Part shown: one piece after another, positions 1 through 7,719 of the stretch | How the letters are laid out: each line of letters opens with the position of its first letter | How positions within the stretch are numbered: the stretch's first letter is position 1 | Assembly: GCA_021739695.1 (NCBI GenBank) | Contig: JAIPBM010000021.1 | Coordinates: 4,472 to 68,471, forward strand | Origin: Flavobacteriales bacterium | GTDB taxonomy: Bacteria; Bacteroidota; Bacteroidia; UBA10329 | DNA: 64,000 nucleotides | Direction of reading: 5' to 3' | Made by a program: the position numbers and the translations under genes | Notes under the pieces: model-generated | What the model was told of the DNA's origin: nothing | Database searches by the model: none | Seen by the model: only the letters and a program-made list of their open reading frames with translations

Positions 1-76
1 CTGACCAATATCAGTTTTGGCTGTGACTGCTCTCAGTAATCACAAGCAGCTACTGAAATTTCTTTGTTGCCTAAGA

Positions 77-238
77 ATGGAAGTCATATTTCTCCTTATA
101 GCGATCAGTATTGTAGCGGCCCTTGGGTTCTTGGCTGCTTTTCTGTGGGCTGTGAAAACGGGGCAGTATGATGATGATAAAACGCCTGCGATGCGCATTC
201 TTTTTGACGAGAAAAAATCAACAGAAACCAATAACTAA
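77..238 (+). CDS. ccoS: cbb3-type cytochrome oxidase maturation protein CcoS/FixS (small membrane protein)
   Basis: Translation MEVIFLLIAISIVAALGFLAAFLWAVKTGQYDDDKTPAMRILFDE matches the CcoS consensus (single TM, GQYDD, MRIL). Sits directly upstream of ccoNO with a 4-nt gap. The ORF track starts at 17; the internal Met at 77 is the more plausible start. Confidence 0.7.
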   Translation: MEVIFLLIAISIVAALGFLAAFLWAVKTGQYDDDKTPAMRILFDEKKSTETNN

Positions 239-242
239 ATCG

Positions 243-2381
243 ATGGAAAAGGAAACCTTCCGTTACGACAATACCATTGTCCGAAAATTTGCCTTCGCCA
301 CCATGGCGTTCGGTATTATCGGCATGCTGGTAGGACTTACCGCTGCTTTGCAGATGGTGGATCCCATGTTCAATTTCTTAACCCCCTGGCTTACCTTCGG
401 TAGGATACGCCCGTTGCATACGAATGCGGTCATTTTCGCATTTGTTGGTAACGGGATTTTCATGGGGGTTTATTACTCCCTTCAGCGTTTGCTGAAAACA
501 AGAATGTGGAGCGATGTTCTTAGCAACATCAACTTTTGGGGTTGGCAGCTGATCATTCTTTCGGCTGTGGTAACGCTTCCTTTAGGAATTACGACTAGTA
601 AGGAATATGCTGAATTGGAATGGCCGATCGATATCGCCATTGCTTTGGTTTGGGTGGTGTTCGGATTGAACATGTTTATGACCATTTTGAACAGGAGAGA
701 GCGACACTTGTATGTGGCCATCTGGTTCTACATCGCCACGTTTGTAACGGTTGCCATGCTTCACATTGTGAACAGCTTTGAGCTTCCTGTTTCATTCTTC
801 AAGAGCTACAGTTGGTACGCTGGTGTTCAGGATGCCTTGGTGCAATGGTGGTATGGCCACAATGCGGTTGCGTTCTTCTTAACCACACCTTATTTGGGAT
901 TGATGTACTACTTCATTCCAAAGGCATCTAATCGTCCGGTTTATTCTTATCGATTATCCATTGTTCACTTTTGGGCACTTATCTTCATCTATATCTGGGC
1001 AGGCCCTCACCACTTATTGTATACAGCGCTTCCAGAGTGGGCGCAGAACATTGGTGTGGTATTCTCTTTTATGCTCATCGCTCCATCTTGGGGAGGTATG
1101 CTCAACGGACTTCTTACACTGAGAGGTGCTTGGGATAGAGTTCGTGAAAGTGCGGTTCTGAAATTCATGGTTGTGGCAGTTACTTGCTATGGTATGAGCA
1201 CGTTTGAAGGCCCCATGATGTCGTTGAAAAACGTGAATGCCATAGCCCACTTTACGGATTGGGTCGTGGCGCACGTGCACATTGGTGGATTGGGTTGGAA
1301 TGGTTTCATGACCTTCGGTATCCTTTATTACTTGGTCCCAAAACTGTGGAACACAAAACTGTATTCATCCAAGCTTTCTGACTTCCACTTCTGGATTGGA
1401 ACCCTTGGAATCATCTTCTACGCGTTGCCACTTTACTGGGCAGGTTTCACGCAAAGTTTGATGTGGAAAGAGTTCACACAAGAAGGCTTTCTTGCTTACC
1501 CGAACTTTTTGGAAACGGTAACTCAGATCAAGCCGATGTATGCTGCCAGAGCATTCGGAGGTAGCATTTACATCATCGGTGTAATAAGTATGCTTTATAA
1601 CCTGATCATGACAATGAAACAGGGTTCATTCCAAAGAGAGGAAGAGGCTTCAGCACTTGCGTTGACCAAAAACTACGAAGGTCACAAGGGTGAAGGTTGG
1701 CACCGTGTAATTGAGAGAAGACCAATACAGATGTTGGTGTTCAGTTTGGTTGCCGTGGCCATTGGTGGAGCGATAGAGATCATTCCGACCATGCTTATTA
1801 AGAGCAATATTCCAACCATTGCTAGTGTGAAACCATATACTCCTCTTGAATTGGAAGGAAGAGATATTTATATCCGTGAAGGTTGCTACAATTGTCACTC
1901 TCAAATGGTCCGACCATTCAGAAGTGAAACTGAGCGATATGGAGAATACTCTAAAGCTGGTGAATTTGTGTATGATCACCCATTCCAATGGGGTTCTAAA
2001 CGAACTGGTCCGGATTTGCACAGAATTGGAGCCAAATATTCTGACAGCTGGCACTTTAACCACATGATGGATCCAGGAAGTATGTCTCCAGGAACGATTA
2101 TGCCATCTTACCCATGGTTATTCGAAAATGACTTGAATACAGAGTTGACTGCAGGCAAGATCAGAGCTATGCAAACGCTTGGTGTTCCTTATGCAGAAGG
2201 CTATGATCAGATTGCAGTTCAAGATTTGACATATCAATCTGAAAGCATTGCTAAGAATTTGGAGAAAGACGGACTACAAGTGTTGCCAAATTCTGAGATT
2301 CTTGCGCTGATTGCTTATCTGCAGCGCTTAGGAACTGATATTAAAGTGAAGGACGGCCAAGCCGCAATGGTAACCAATTAA
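243..2381 (+). CDS. ccoNO: cbb3-type cytochrome c oxidase subunit I/II fusion (CcoN-CcoO)
   Basis: About 712 aa with a multi-TM heme-copper oxidase N-terminus (HNAV, WAGPHHLLYTALPEW, HFTDWVVAHVHIGGLGW). The C-terminal part is a monoheme cytochrome c (CYNCHSQMVRPF) typical of CcoO. The fused arrangement is characteristic of Bacteroidota. Start is moved to the ATG at 243 (MEKETFRYD); the track start at 168 adds an implausible N-terminal extension. Confidence 0.9.
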   Translation: MEKETFRYDNTIVRKFAFATMAFGIIGMLVGLTAALQMVDPMFNFLTPWLTFGRIRPLHTNAVIFAFVGNGIFMGVYYSLQRLLKTRMWSDVLSNINFWGWQLIILSAVVTLPLGITTSKEYAELEWPIDIAIALVWVVFGLNMFMTILNRRERHLYVAIWFYIATFVTVAMLHIVNSFELPVSFFKSYSWYAGVQDALVQWWYGHNAVAFFLTTPYLGLMYYFIPKASNRPVYSYRLSIVHFWALIFIYIWAGPHHLLYTALPEWAQNIGVVFSFMLIAPSWGGMLNGLLTLRGAWDRVRESAVLKFMVVAVTCYGMSTFEGPMMSLKNVNAIAHFTDWVVAHVHIGGLGWNGFMTFGILYYLVPKLWNTKLYSSKLSDFHFWIGTLGIIFYALPLYWAGFTQSLMWKEFTQEGFLAYPNFLETVTQIKPMYAARAFGGSIYIIGVISMLYNLIMTMKQGSFQREEEASALALTKNYEGHKGEGWHRVIERRPIQMLVFSLVAVAIGGAIEIIPTMLIKSNIPTIASVKPYTPLELEGRDIYIREGCYNCHSQMVRPFRSETERYGEYSKAGEFVYDHPFQWGSKRTGPDLHRIGAKYSDSWHFNHMMDPGSMSPGTIMPSYPWLFENDLNTELTAGKIRAMQTLGVPYAEGYDQIAVQDLTYQSESIAKNLEKDGLQVLPNSEILALIAYLQRLGTDIKVKDGQAAMVTN

Positions 2382-2391
2382 TCTAAAGACC

Positions 2392-2583
2392 ATGCTAAAG
2401 TTCATTAAACACCATATGGAGACCATTTCTGGGATAGAGATTTATCCGATTATCTCCTTCATTATTTTCTTCACATTCTTCGTGGCTGTGCTGGCTTACT
2501 TGGTCATCCAACGCAAGGAGTACTTCGATCAACTGAGCATGATGCCGTTGGACGAGGAAGCAGGTTCAACCAATAAAATCTAA
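2392..2583 (+). CDS. CcoQ-like small membrane subunit of the cbb3 oxidase
   Basis: 63-aa single-TM protein (IYPIISFIIFFTFFVAVLAYLVIQ) sitting between ccoNO and ccoP, which is the canonical ccoQ position. Assignment is by position and topology only. Confidence 0.5.
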   Translation: MLKFIKHHMETISGIEIYPIISFIIFFTFFVAVLAYLVIQRKEYFDQLSMMPLDEEAGSTNKI

Positions 2584-2586
2584 ATC

Positions 2587-3768
2587 ATGAAAACAGAATG
2601 GTTTATTAATAAAACAAAAGTGCTTGGTGCAGCGGCTTTAATGCTCGTTGCCGCCAACGCAAGTGCCCAGGAATCAGTAGTTCCTGTTCCTTGGGAGAAC
2701 ATGGTTCAGGCCAATGATACAGCAGTATTTTGGGTCTTGGCATCATTTGCACTCATGCTGCTAATTCTTATTTGGGTAGTAGCCGGAGTTACCAAAGGAT
2801 TACTTTCCGATAAGCAGCTTTGGGAAGGAAAGTGGAGAAGTACTGCCAAAACAGTTACGGCTATTATCGGTACAGCTTTGCTTCTTGCGTCTTCATCCGC
2901 TATGGCGCAAACAGAGCCAGCAGCCGCTCCAATGTTCGAAATGTCTGACGGATTGTTTTGGATAATGATCATTGTAAATGCATTCCTTCTATTCGTTTTG
3001 CTTGGAATGTTGTACAACTTGAGCAGTCTGATCAAGTCCTTACGTTCTAAAGATGAGGCAGAGCCAGTTGTTGAAAAATCTATATGGGAAGGATCTCTTT
3101 CCGCTGCTGTTCCAGTTGAGCGCGAGAAAGATATTCTGATGGATCATGAGTACGATGGCATTATGGAGCTCGATAACAAGCTTCCGCCATGGTGGTTATA
3201 CATGTTCTACTTTACCATTGCATTTGGAGTAGTTTATATCGCCTACTATGAGTTTTCTGACGGGCCAGGACAGTACGATGAGTACAATACAGAAATGACT
3301 GTTGCAGCAGATGCCAAGGCAGAAATGCTAGCCAGTTCTGCAAATAACGTAGATGAAAATTCGGCAACCTTACTTACAGATGCAACTTCAATAGGCAACG
3401 GAAAGGAGAAATTCCAATCGCTTTGTGTAGCATGCCATGCAGCAACTGGAGGTAGCACGCAAACACCGTTGGGTGTTGGTCCGAACCTTACCGATGAGTA
3501 TTGGATTCACGGTGGTGGAATCAACAACATTTTCAAAACCATTAAATATGGTGTGCCTGCAAAAGGAATGATCTCGTGGGAAGCACAGCTTTCTCCAGTT
3601 CAAATTCAAGAAGTGGCATCTTACATCATTTCTCTTCAAGGTTCAAATCCTGAAAACGGAAAAGAACCACAAGGAGATATATGGGTGGAAGATGGCGCAC
3701 AGACAACACCGGCAGATTCTACGGAAGCTCCTGCTGCAGAGGCCGCTACGGCCGCTGCAACGGAGTAA
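2587..3768 (+). CDS. ccoP: cbb3-type cytochrome c oxidase subunit III (CcoP), monoheme form with an extended N-terminus
   Basis: One CxxCH heme motif (CVACHAATGG) with a downstream Met ligand region (GMISWEAQLS). Two N-terminal hydrophobic modules. A low-complexity Ala/Thr/Glu C-terminal tail. Operon position after ccoQ. Confidence 0.8.
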   Translation: MKTEWFINKTKVLGAAALMLVAANASAQESVVPVPWENMVQANDTAVFWVLASFALMLLILIWVVAGVTKGLLSDKQLWEGKWRSTAKTVTAIIGTALLLASSSAMAQTEPAAAPMFEMSDGLFWIMIIVNAFLLFVLLGMLYNLSSLIKSLRSKDEAEPVVEKSIWEGSLSAAVPVEREKDILMDHEYDGIMELDNKLPPWWLYMFYFTIAFGVVYIAYYEFSDGPGQYDEYNTEMTVAADAKAEMLASSANNVDENSATLLTDATSIGNGKEKFQSLCVACHAATGGSTQTPLGVGPNLTDEYWIHGGGINNIFKTIKYGVPAKGMISWEAQLSPVQIQEVASYIISLQGSNPENGKEPQGDIWVEDGAQTTPADSTEAPAAEAATAAATE

Positions 3769-3820
3769 TTCCGCAAGTTTTGAATAGGATAATCATATCC
3801 GACCCCGAAATGAAATAGAC

Positions 3821-5236
3821 ATGGAGACGAAAGATGAAAAAGGGTCATTCAGGGATCACCTCTCAACACTTGACGAGAGCGGAAATCGAAAGTGGATTTA
3901 TCCTAAAATGCCATTTGGTAGGTATTACAATTGGCGTAAGTGGCTGAGTTACCTACTTCTTGTTGTCCTTTTTGCAGGGCCGCATATTAAGATCGGTGGC
4001 GAGCCATTGTTGATGATCAACGTGCTTGCACGGAAGTTCGTCATCTTCGGGCAGGTTTTTTGGCCACAGGATTTTTACCTGTTCGGTCTGGCCATGATCA
4101 CTTTCGTGTTGTTCATTGTGCTTTTTACAGTGGCCTTCGGTCGTATTTTCTGCGGATGGTTCTGTCCGCAGACCATCTTCATGGAAATGCTTTTCCGTAG
4201 GATTGAGTATTGGATTGAAGGAGATTGGAAGCATCAGCAGCGTTTGGATGCCTTGCCTTGGAATGCAGAGAAGATTCGTAAGAAATCCATCAAGCATTTC
4301 CTCTTTTTCGCCATTTCATTCATCATTTCCAACACATTTTTGGCGTACATAATTGGCAATGATGAGCTTTTTAAGATCATGACCGATTCGCCAGCAGATC
4401 ATATAGTTGGTTTGATCCTGATTGTCGTTTTCACCTTTGTGTTCTATGGCGTGTTTGCCAGAATGCGGGAGCAGGTTTGCACCAATATCTGTCCTTACGG
4501 AAGATTGCAAGGCGTATTGCTTGATAGAAATTCAATGATTGTTGCTTACGATCACGAACGTGGCGAAGGCAGAAGTAAGTGGCGAAAAGGAGAAAATCGC
4601 AAAGCTGAAGGAAAAGGGGATTGTATCGATTGTCACGCCTGTGTGGATGTTTGTCCAACAGGAATTGACATCAGAAACGGTACTCAACTTGAATGCATCA
4701 ATTGCACGGCTTGTATGGATGCTTGCGATCATGTAATGGAAAAAGTGGGCTTCGAAAAAGCCTTGGTTGGTTACAAGAGTGAAGAAACCATTGCAACTGG
4801 AAAGCCTTTCACCTATACCACTCGTTTAAAAGCCTACACGGTTGTACTCAGCATTTTGATGATTGCCATGTTTGCGCTCATTATTACGCGCGCAGACATT
4901 GGAGCAACGGTGCTTCGAACTCCTGGAATGCTTTATCAGGAAGGGGAAAACAACACCATCACCAATCTCTACAACTTTAAGGTGATCAATAAGACAGCAC
5001 TCGATATGACCTTGAGTTTAAAGGTTGTGAAAGGTCCAGGCGAGGTGAAGTTGGTAGGTGATATGCTCAATTTGGAATCACAGGGAACATCAGAGGGTGT
5101 CATGTTCATCGCAGTACCAAAGGATGAACTTACAGAAAGAAAGACATCGGTAACTGTTGGAATTTTTGACGGAGATAAACTCCTGAAAAAGGTGAAGACC
5201 AATTTTATAGGACCGATACAAACCGGTAAAAAATAG
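3821..5236 (+). CDS. ccoG: cytochrome c oxidase accessory protein CcoG/FixG (polyferredoxin)
   Basis: Membrane N-terminus followed by 4Fe-4S ferredoxin motifs (CPQTIFME; CIDCHACVDVCPTGIDIRNG; ECINCTACMDACD). Operon position. Confidence 0.85.
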   Translation: METKDEKGSFRDHLSTLDESGNRKWIYPKMPFGRYYNWRKWLSYLLLVVLFAGPHIKIGGEPLLMINVLARKFVIFGQVFWPQDFYLFGLAMITFVLFIVLFTVAFGRIFCGWFCPQTIFMEMLFRRIEYWIEGDWKHQQRLDALPWNAEKIRKKSIKHFLFFAISFIISNTFLAYIIGNDELFKIMTDSPADHIVGLILIVVFTFVFYGVFARMREQVCTNICPYGRLQGVLLDRNSMIVAYDHERGEGRSKWRKGENRKAEGKGDCIDCHACVDVCPTGIDIRNGTQLECINCTACMDACDHVMEKVGFEKALVGYKSEETIATGKPFTYTTRLKAYTVVLSILMIAMFALIITRADIGATVLRTPGMLYQEGENNTITNLYNFKVINKTALDMTLSLKVVKGPGEVKLVGDMLNLESQGTSEGVMFIAVPKDELTERKTSVTVGIFDGDKLLKKVKTNFIGPIQTGKK

Positions 5237-5240
5237 AACT

Positions 5241-5663
5241 ATGGGCTGGGGAAAGGGTATCGCATTAAGTTACATCGGATTCGTCATTTTCATGCTGGGA
5301 TTGGTGTACCTAGCGGTCAATCAGGATTTTGATCTTGTGGCCGATGATTACTATGAGCAAGAAATCGCCTACCAAGGTAGAATTGATGAGCTCACGAACG
5401 CGTTGGATGACAATCAAAAAGTTGTAGTGTCTAATGTTGGAGACGCGGTACAATTGGTTTTTCCTTCAAAGGCAACGGATGTAAAGATCCATTTCTTCCG
5501 TCCGTCTGATGATACCATGGATTTTAAAGTGGAGGAAGCATCAGTAGATTCAGAATTGAACGTTGCCCATTCTCAATTCACGAAAGGAAAATACTTGGTC
5601 AAAGTTCAGTGGTTGAGTAACGGTAAAACGTATTTCCAAGAGGATGGATTTTATGTGAACTGA
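5241..5663 (+). CDS. ccoH: FixH/CcoH family protein
   Basis: 140 aa with an N-terminal TM (IALSYIGFVIFMLGLVYLAVN) followed by a soluble domain. Lies immediately after ccoG. Confidence 0.7.
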   Translation: MGWGKGIALSYIGFVIFMLGLVYLAVNQDFDLVADDYYEQEIAYQGRIDELTNALDDNQKVVVSNVGDAVQLVFPSKATDVKIHFFRPSDDTMDFKVEEASVDSELNVAHSQFTKGKYLVKVQWLSNGKTYFQEDGFYVN

Positions 5664-6370
5664 TGTTTTTTACCGCATTTGCCATAGGAGCCCTCGGGAG
5701 TTTTCACTGCATTGGCATGTGTGGTCCCATTGCGCTTTCAGTGCCGATGGGCGGAAAGCATGGCCTGATTGGCGTGCTTCGAGCATTGGCCTATAATCTG
5801 GGCAGAATTTCAACCTACGCAATTCTTGGTCTGGTGGTTGGATTGCTCGGACAGCGCATTGCCATTGGCGGATACCAGCAAGCACTTTCTATCGCTGTTG
5901 GTATATTGATTCTGGCGTTTCTCATTCTTCCAAAGACCATCACCAAAAAGCTTAATCCCACATCAACATTTGCCCGCATTTTTCTCAAGTTGAAAAACAC
6001 CTTTAGAGGGCTTTTTCAAAGCAAGAATGCCTTCGGTCCCTTGGTACTTGGATTGATAAACGGACTACTTCCTTGTGGATTGGTTTACGTTGGTCTGGCA
6101 GGAGCTTTGGCGCTTGGAGATCCGATTTCGAGCGCAGAATTTATGGCTGCCTTCGGATTAGGAACCGTTCCAGTAATGATTTCTATCATATTTCTTGGTG
6201 ATCTCATTTCGCTTCAGTGGCGCGCCAATATCCGAAAATTGATGCCTGTAATGTTTGCCATTATGGGAGCGCTTTTCATCCTCAGAGGTCTGAACCTTGG
6301 AATTCCATACATCAGCCCAAATATGGAGATGACTGCTGTCGGTGGCGTTCCGCAATGTCACACACCATGA
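5663..6370 (+). CDS. TauE/SafE-like (COG2836, DsbD-like) membrane protein associated with the cco operon
   Basis: Polytopic membrane protein carrying the HCIGMCGPI motif near the N-terminus and a Gly-rich TM repeat. Its start overlaps the fixH stop (ATGA-type junction at 5663), and its stop overlaps the hemN start. Confidence 0.6.
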   Translation: MFFTAFAIGALGSFHCIGMCGPIALSVPMGGKHGLIGVLRALAYNLGRISTYAILGLVVGLLGQRIAIGGYQQALSIAVGILILAFLILPKTITKKLNPTSTFARIFLKLKNTFRGLFQSKNAFGPLVLGLINGLLPCGLVYVGLAGALALGDPISSAEFMAAFGLGTVPVMISIIFLGDLISLQWRANIRKLMPVMFAIMGALFILRGLNLGIPYISPNMEMTAVGGVPQCHTP

Positions 6371-7719
6371 ACACGAATCTGATTCAGAAATACAATATTC
6401 CAAGTCCGCGATACACCAGTTATCCAACTGTACCGCATTGGAATACAACTGGTTTCAATAAGGAAGAACATCTTAAACGGCTTGTGGCCAGTTACAAGAA
6501 AGACAAGGCAGAAGGACTTTCGCTGTACATTCATTTACCCTATTGCGAAAGCCTGTGCACGTATTGTGGTTGCAACAAACGCATCACTAAAAACCATCAG
6601 GTTGAAGGACCTTACATTGATGCGGTTTTGGATGAGTGGAGAATGTATGTGGAGGTTTTGGGAGAAAAACCGAAGCTAGCAGAGCTGCATCTAGGAGGAG
6701 GAACGCCAACTTTTTTCTCAGCCGAAAACTTAGGTATGATGATGGATGGTGTTCTGAAATATGCCACTGTTAGCGATAAGGCGCAGTTCAGTTTTGAAGC
6801 ACATCCAAACAATACGACCGAAGATCAGCTTCGAGAATTAAGAAAGAAAGGCTTTAACCGAATCAGTCTTGGTATTCAGGATTTTGACCCAGTTGTGCAG
6901 CGCACGATTAACCGTATGCAATCGTTTGCACAAGTTCGGAAAGTAACGCAGGAATCTCGTTGGCTCGGTTTCCGTTCCATTAATTATGATCTGATCTATG
7001 GACTTCCAAAACAAACTATGGAAGGCCTGTTAGATACATTCGATAAGGTTCTGGTGCTCAATCCGGACCGAATCGCATTTTACAGCTACGCGCACGTGCC
7101 TTGGAAAAGTCCATCACAACGCGGATATGACGAAAGCGACTTGCCTGACGAGAACATGAAGATTGCACTCTACAACGCTGGCAAGGAAAAGTTGCTGAAC
7201 AGCGGTTATGTGGAAATAGGAATGGACCATTTTGCCAAGCCAGATGATGGTTTGGCCATTGCTGCACTGCACGGAGAAATGCATCGGAACTTCATGGGAT
7301 ATACAGAAGCCAAGAATGACACACTTATCGGTCTTGGCGTTTCGGCCATCAGCGATGCTTGGAGTTCTTTGGCGCAGAACCCGATTTCTGTTGAGGCATA
7401 CTTAGAGTGGATTTCGAACAAGCAATTGCCATTGGTAAAAGGTCACTTGCACACGGAAAAAGATCTCATCATCCGAAAAACGATTCTCGATCTGATGTGC
7501 ACCTTCAATTGTAGCATCGATTATCTGCCAAAAGGCGAGCGTGAGTCGGTTGTGAATAGGCTTTCAGAACATTTGGCTGATAATCTTCTGACGATTACCA
7601 ACGATGGAATTCATGTGAATGATGAAGGAAGAGCCTTCATCCGAACTATTTGTATGGCCTTGGATGAATACGTTTGGACTAAGGATTCCAGCCAGCAGAT
7701 GTTCTCTAAGAGCGTCTGA
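6367..7719 (+). CDS. hemN: oxygen-independent coproporphyrinogen III oxidase-like radical SAM protein (HemN family)
   Basis: N-terminus MNTNLIQKYNIPSPRYTSYPTVPHW and the radical-SAM CxxxCxxC block (LPYCESLCTYCGCN) are classic HemN. The start at 6367 overlaps the upstream stop (ATGA). The track ORF starting at 6217 is an out-of-context upstream extension. Confidence 0.85.
   Translation: MNTNLIQKYNIPSPRYTSYPTVPHWNTTGFNKEEHLKRLVASYKKDKAEGLSLYIHLPYCESLCTYCGCNKRITKNHQVEGPYIDAVLDEWRMYVEVLGEKPKLAELHLGGGTPTFFSAENLGMMMDGVLKYATVSDKAQFSFEAHPNNTTEDQLRELRKKGFNRISLGIQDFDPVVQRTINRMQSFAQVRKVTQESRWLGFRSINYDLIYGLPKQTMEGLLDTFDKVLVLNPDRIAFYSYAHVPWKSPSQRGYDESDLPDENMKIALYNAGKEKLLNSGYVEIGMDHFAKPDDGLAIAALHGEMHRNFMGYTEAKNDTLIGLGVSAISDAWSSLAQNPISVEAYLEWISNKQLPLVKGHLHTEKDLIIRKTILDLMCTFNCSIDYLPKGERESVVNRLSEHLADNLLTITNDGIHVNDEGRAFIRTICMALDEYVWTKDSSQQMFSKSV

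Noticed and set aside
1-39. 12-codon plus-strand ORF end (…LTNISFGCDCSQ*) at the window edge, possibly the 3' end of ccoI or a copper ATPase
   Set aside because: Too short to assign from sequence alone.
168-242. N-terminal 25-aa extension of the ccoNO ORF (MMMIKRLRCAFF...)
   Set aside because: It overlaps the ccoS reading frame region and carries no oxidase homology. The conserved CcoN sequence begins at MEKETF (243).
6217-6366. Upstream extension of hemN in the ORF track (MARQYPKIDACNVCHYG...)
   Set aside because: It lies entirely within the preceding TauE-like gene in another frame. The HemN homology begins at 6367.
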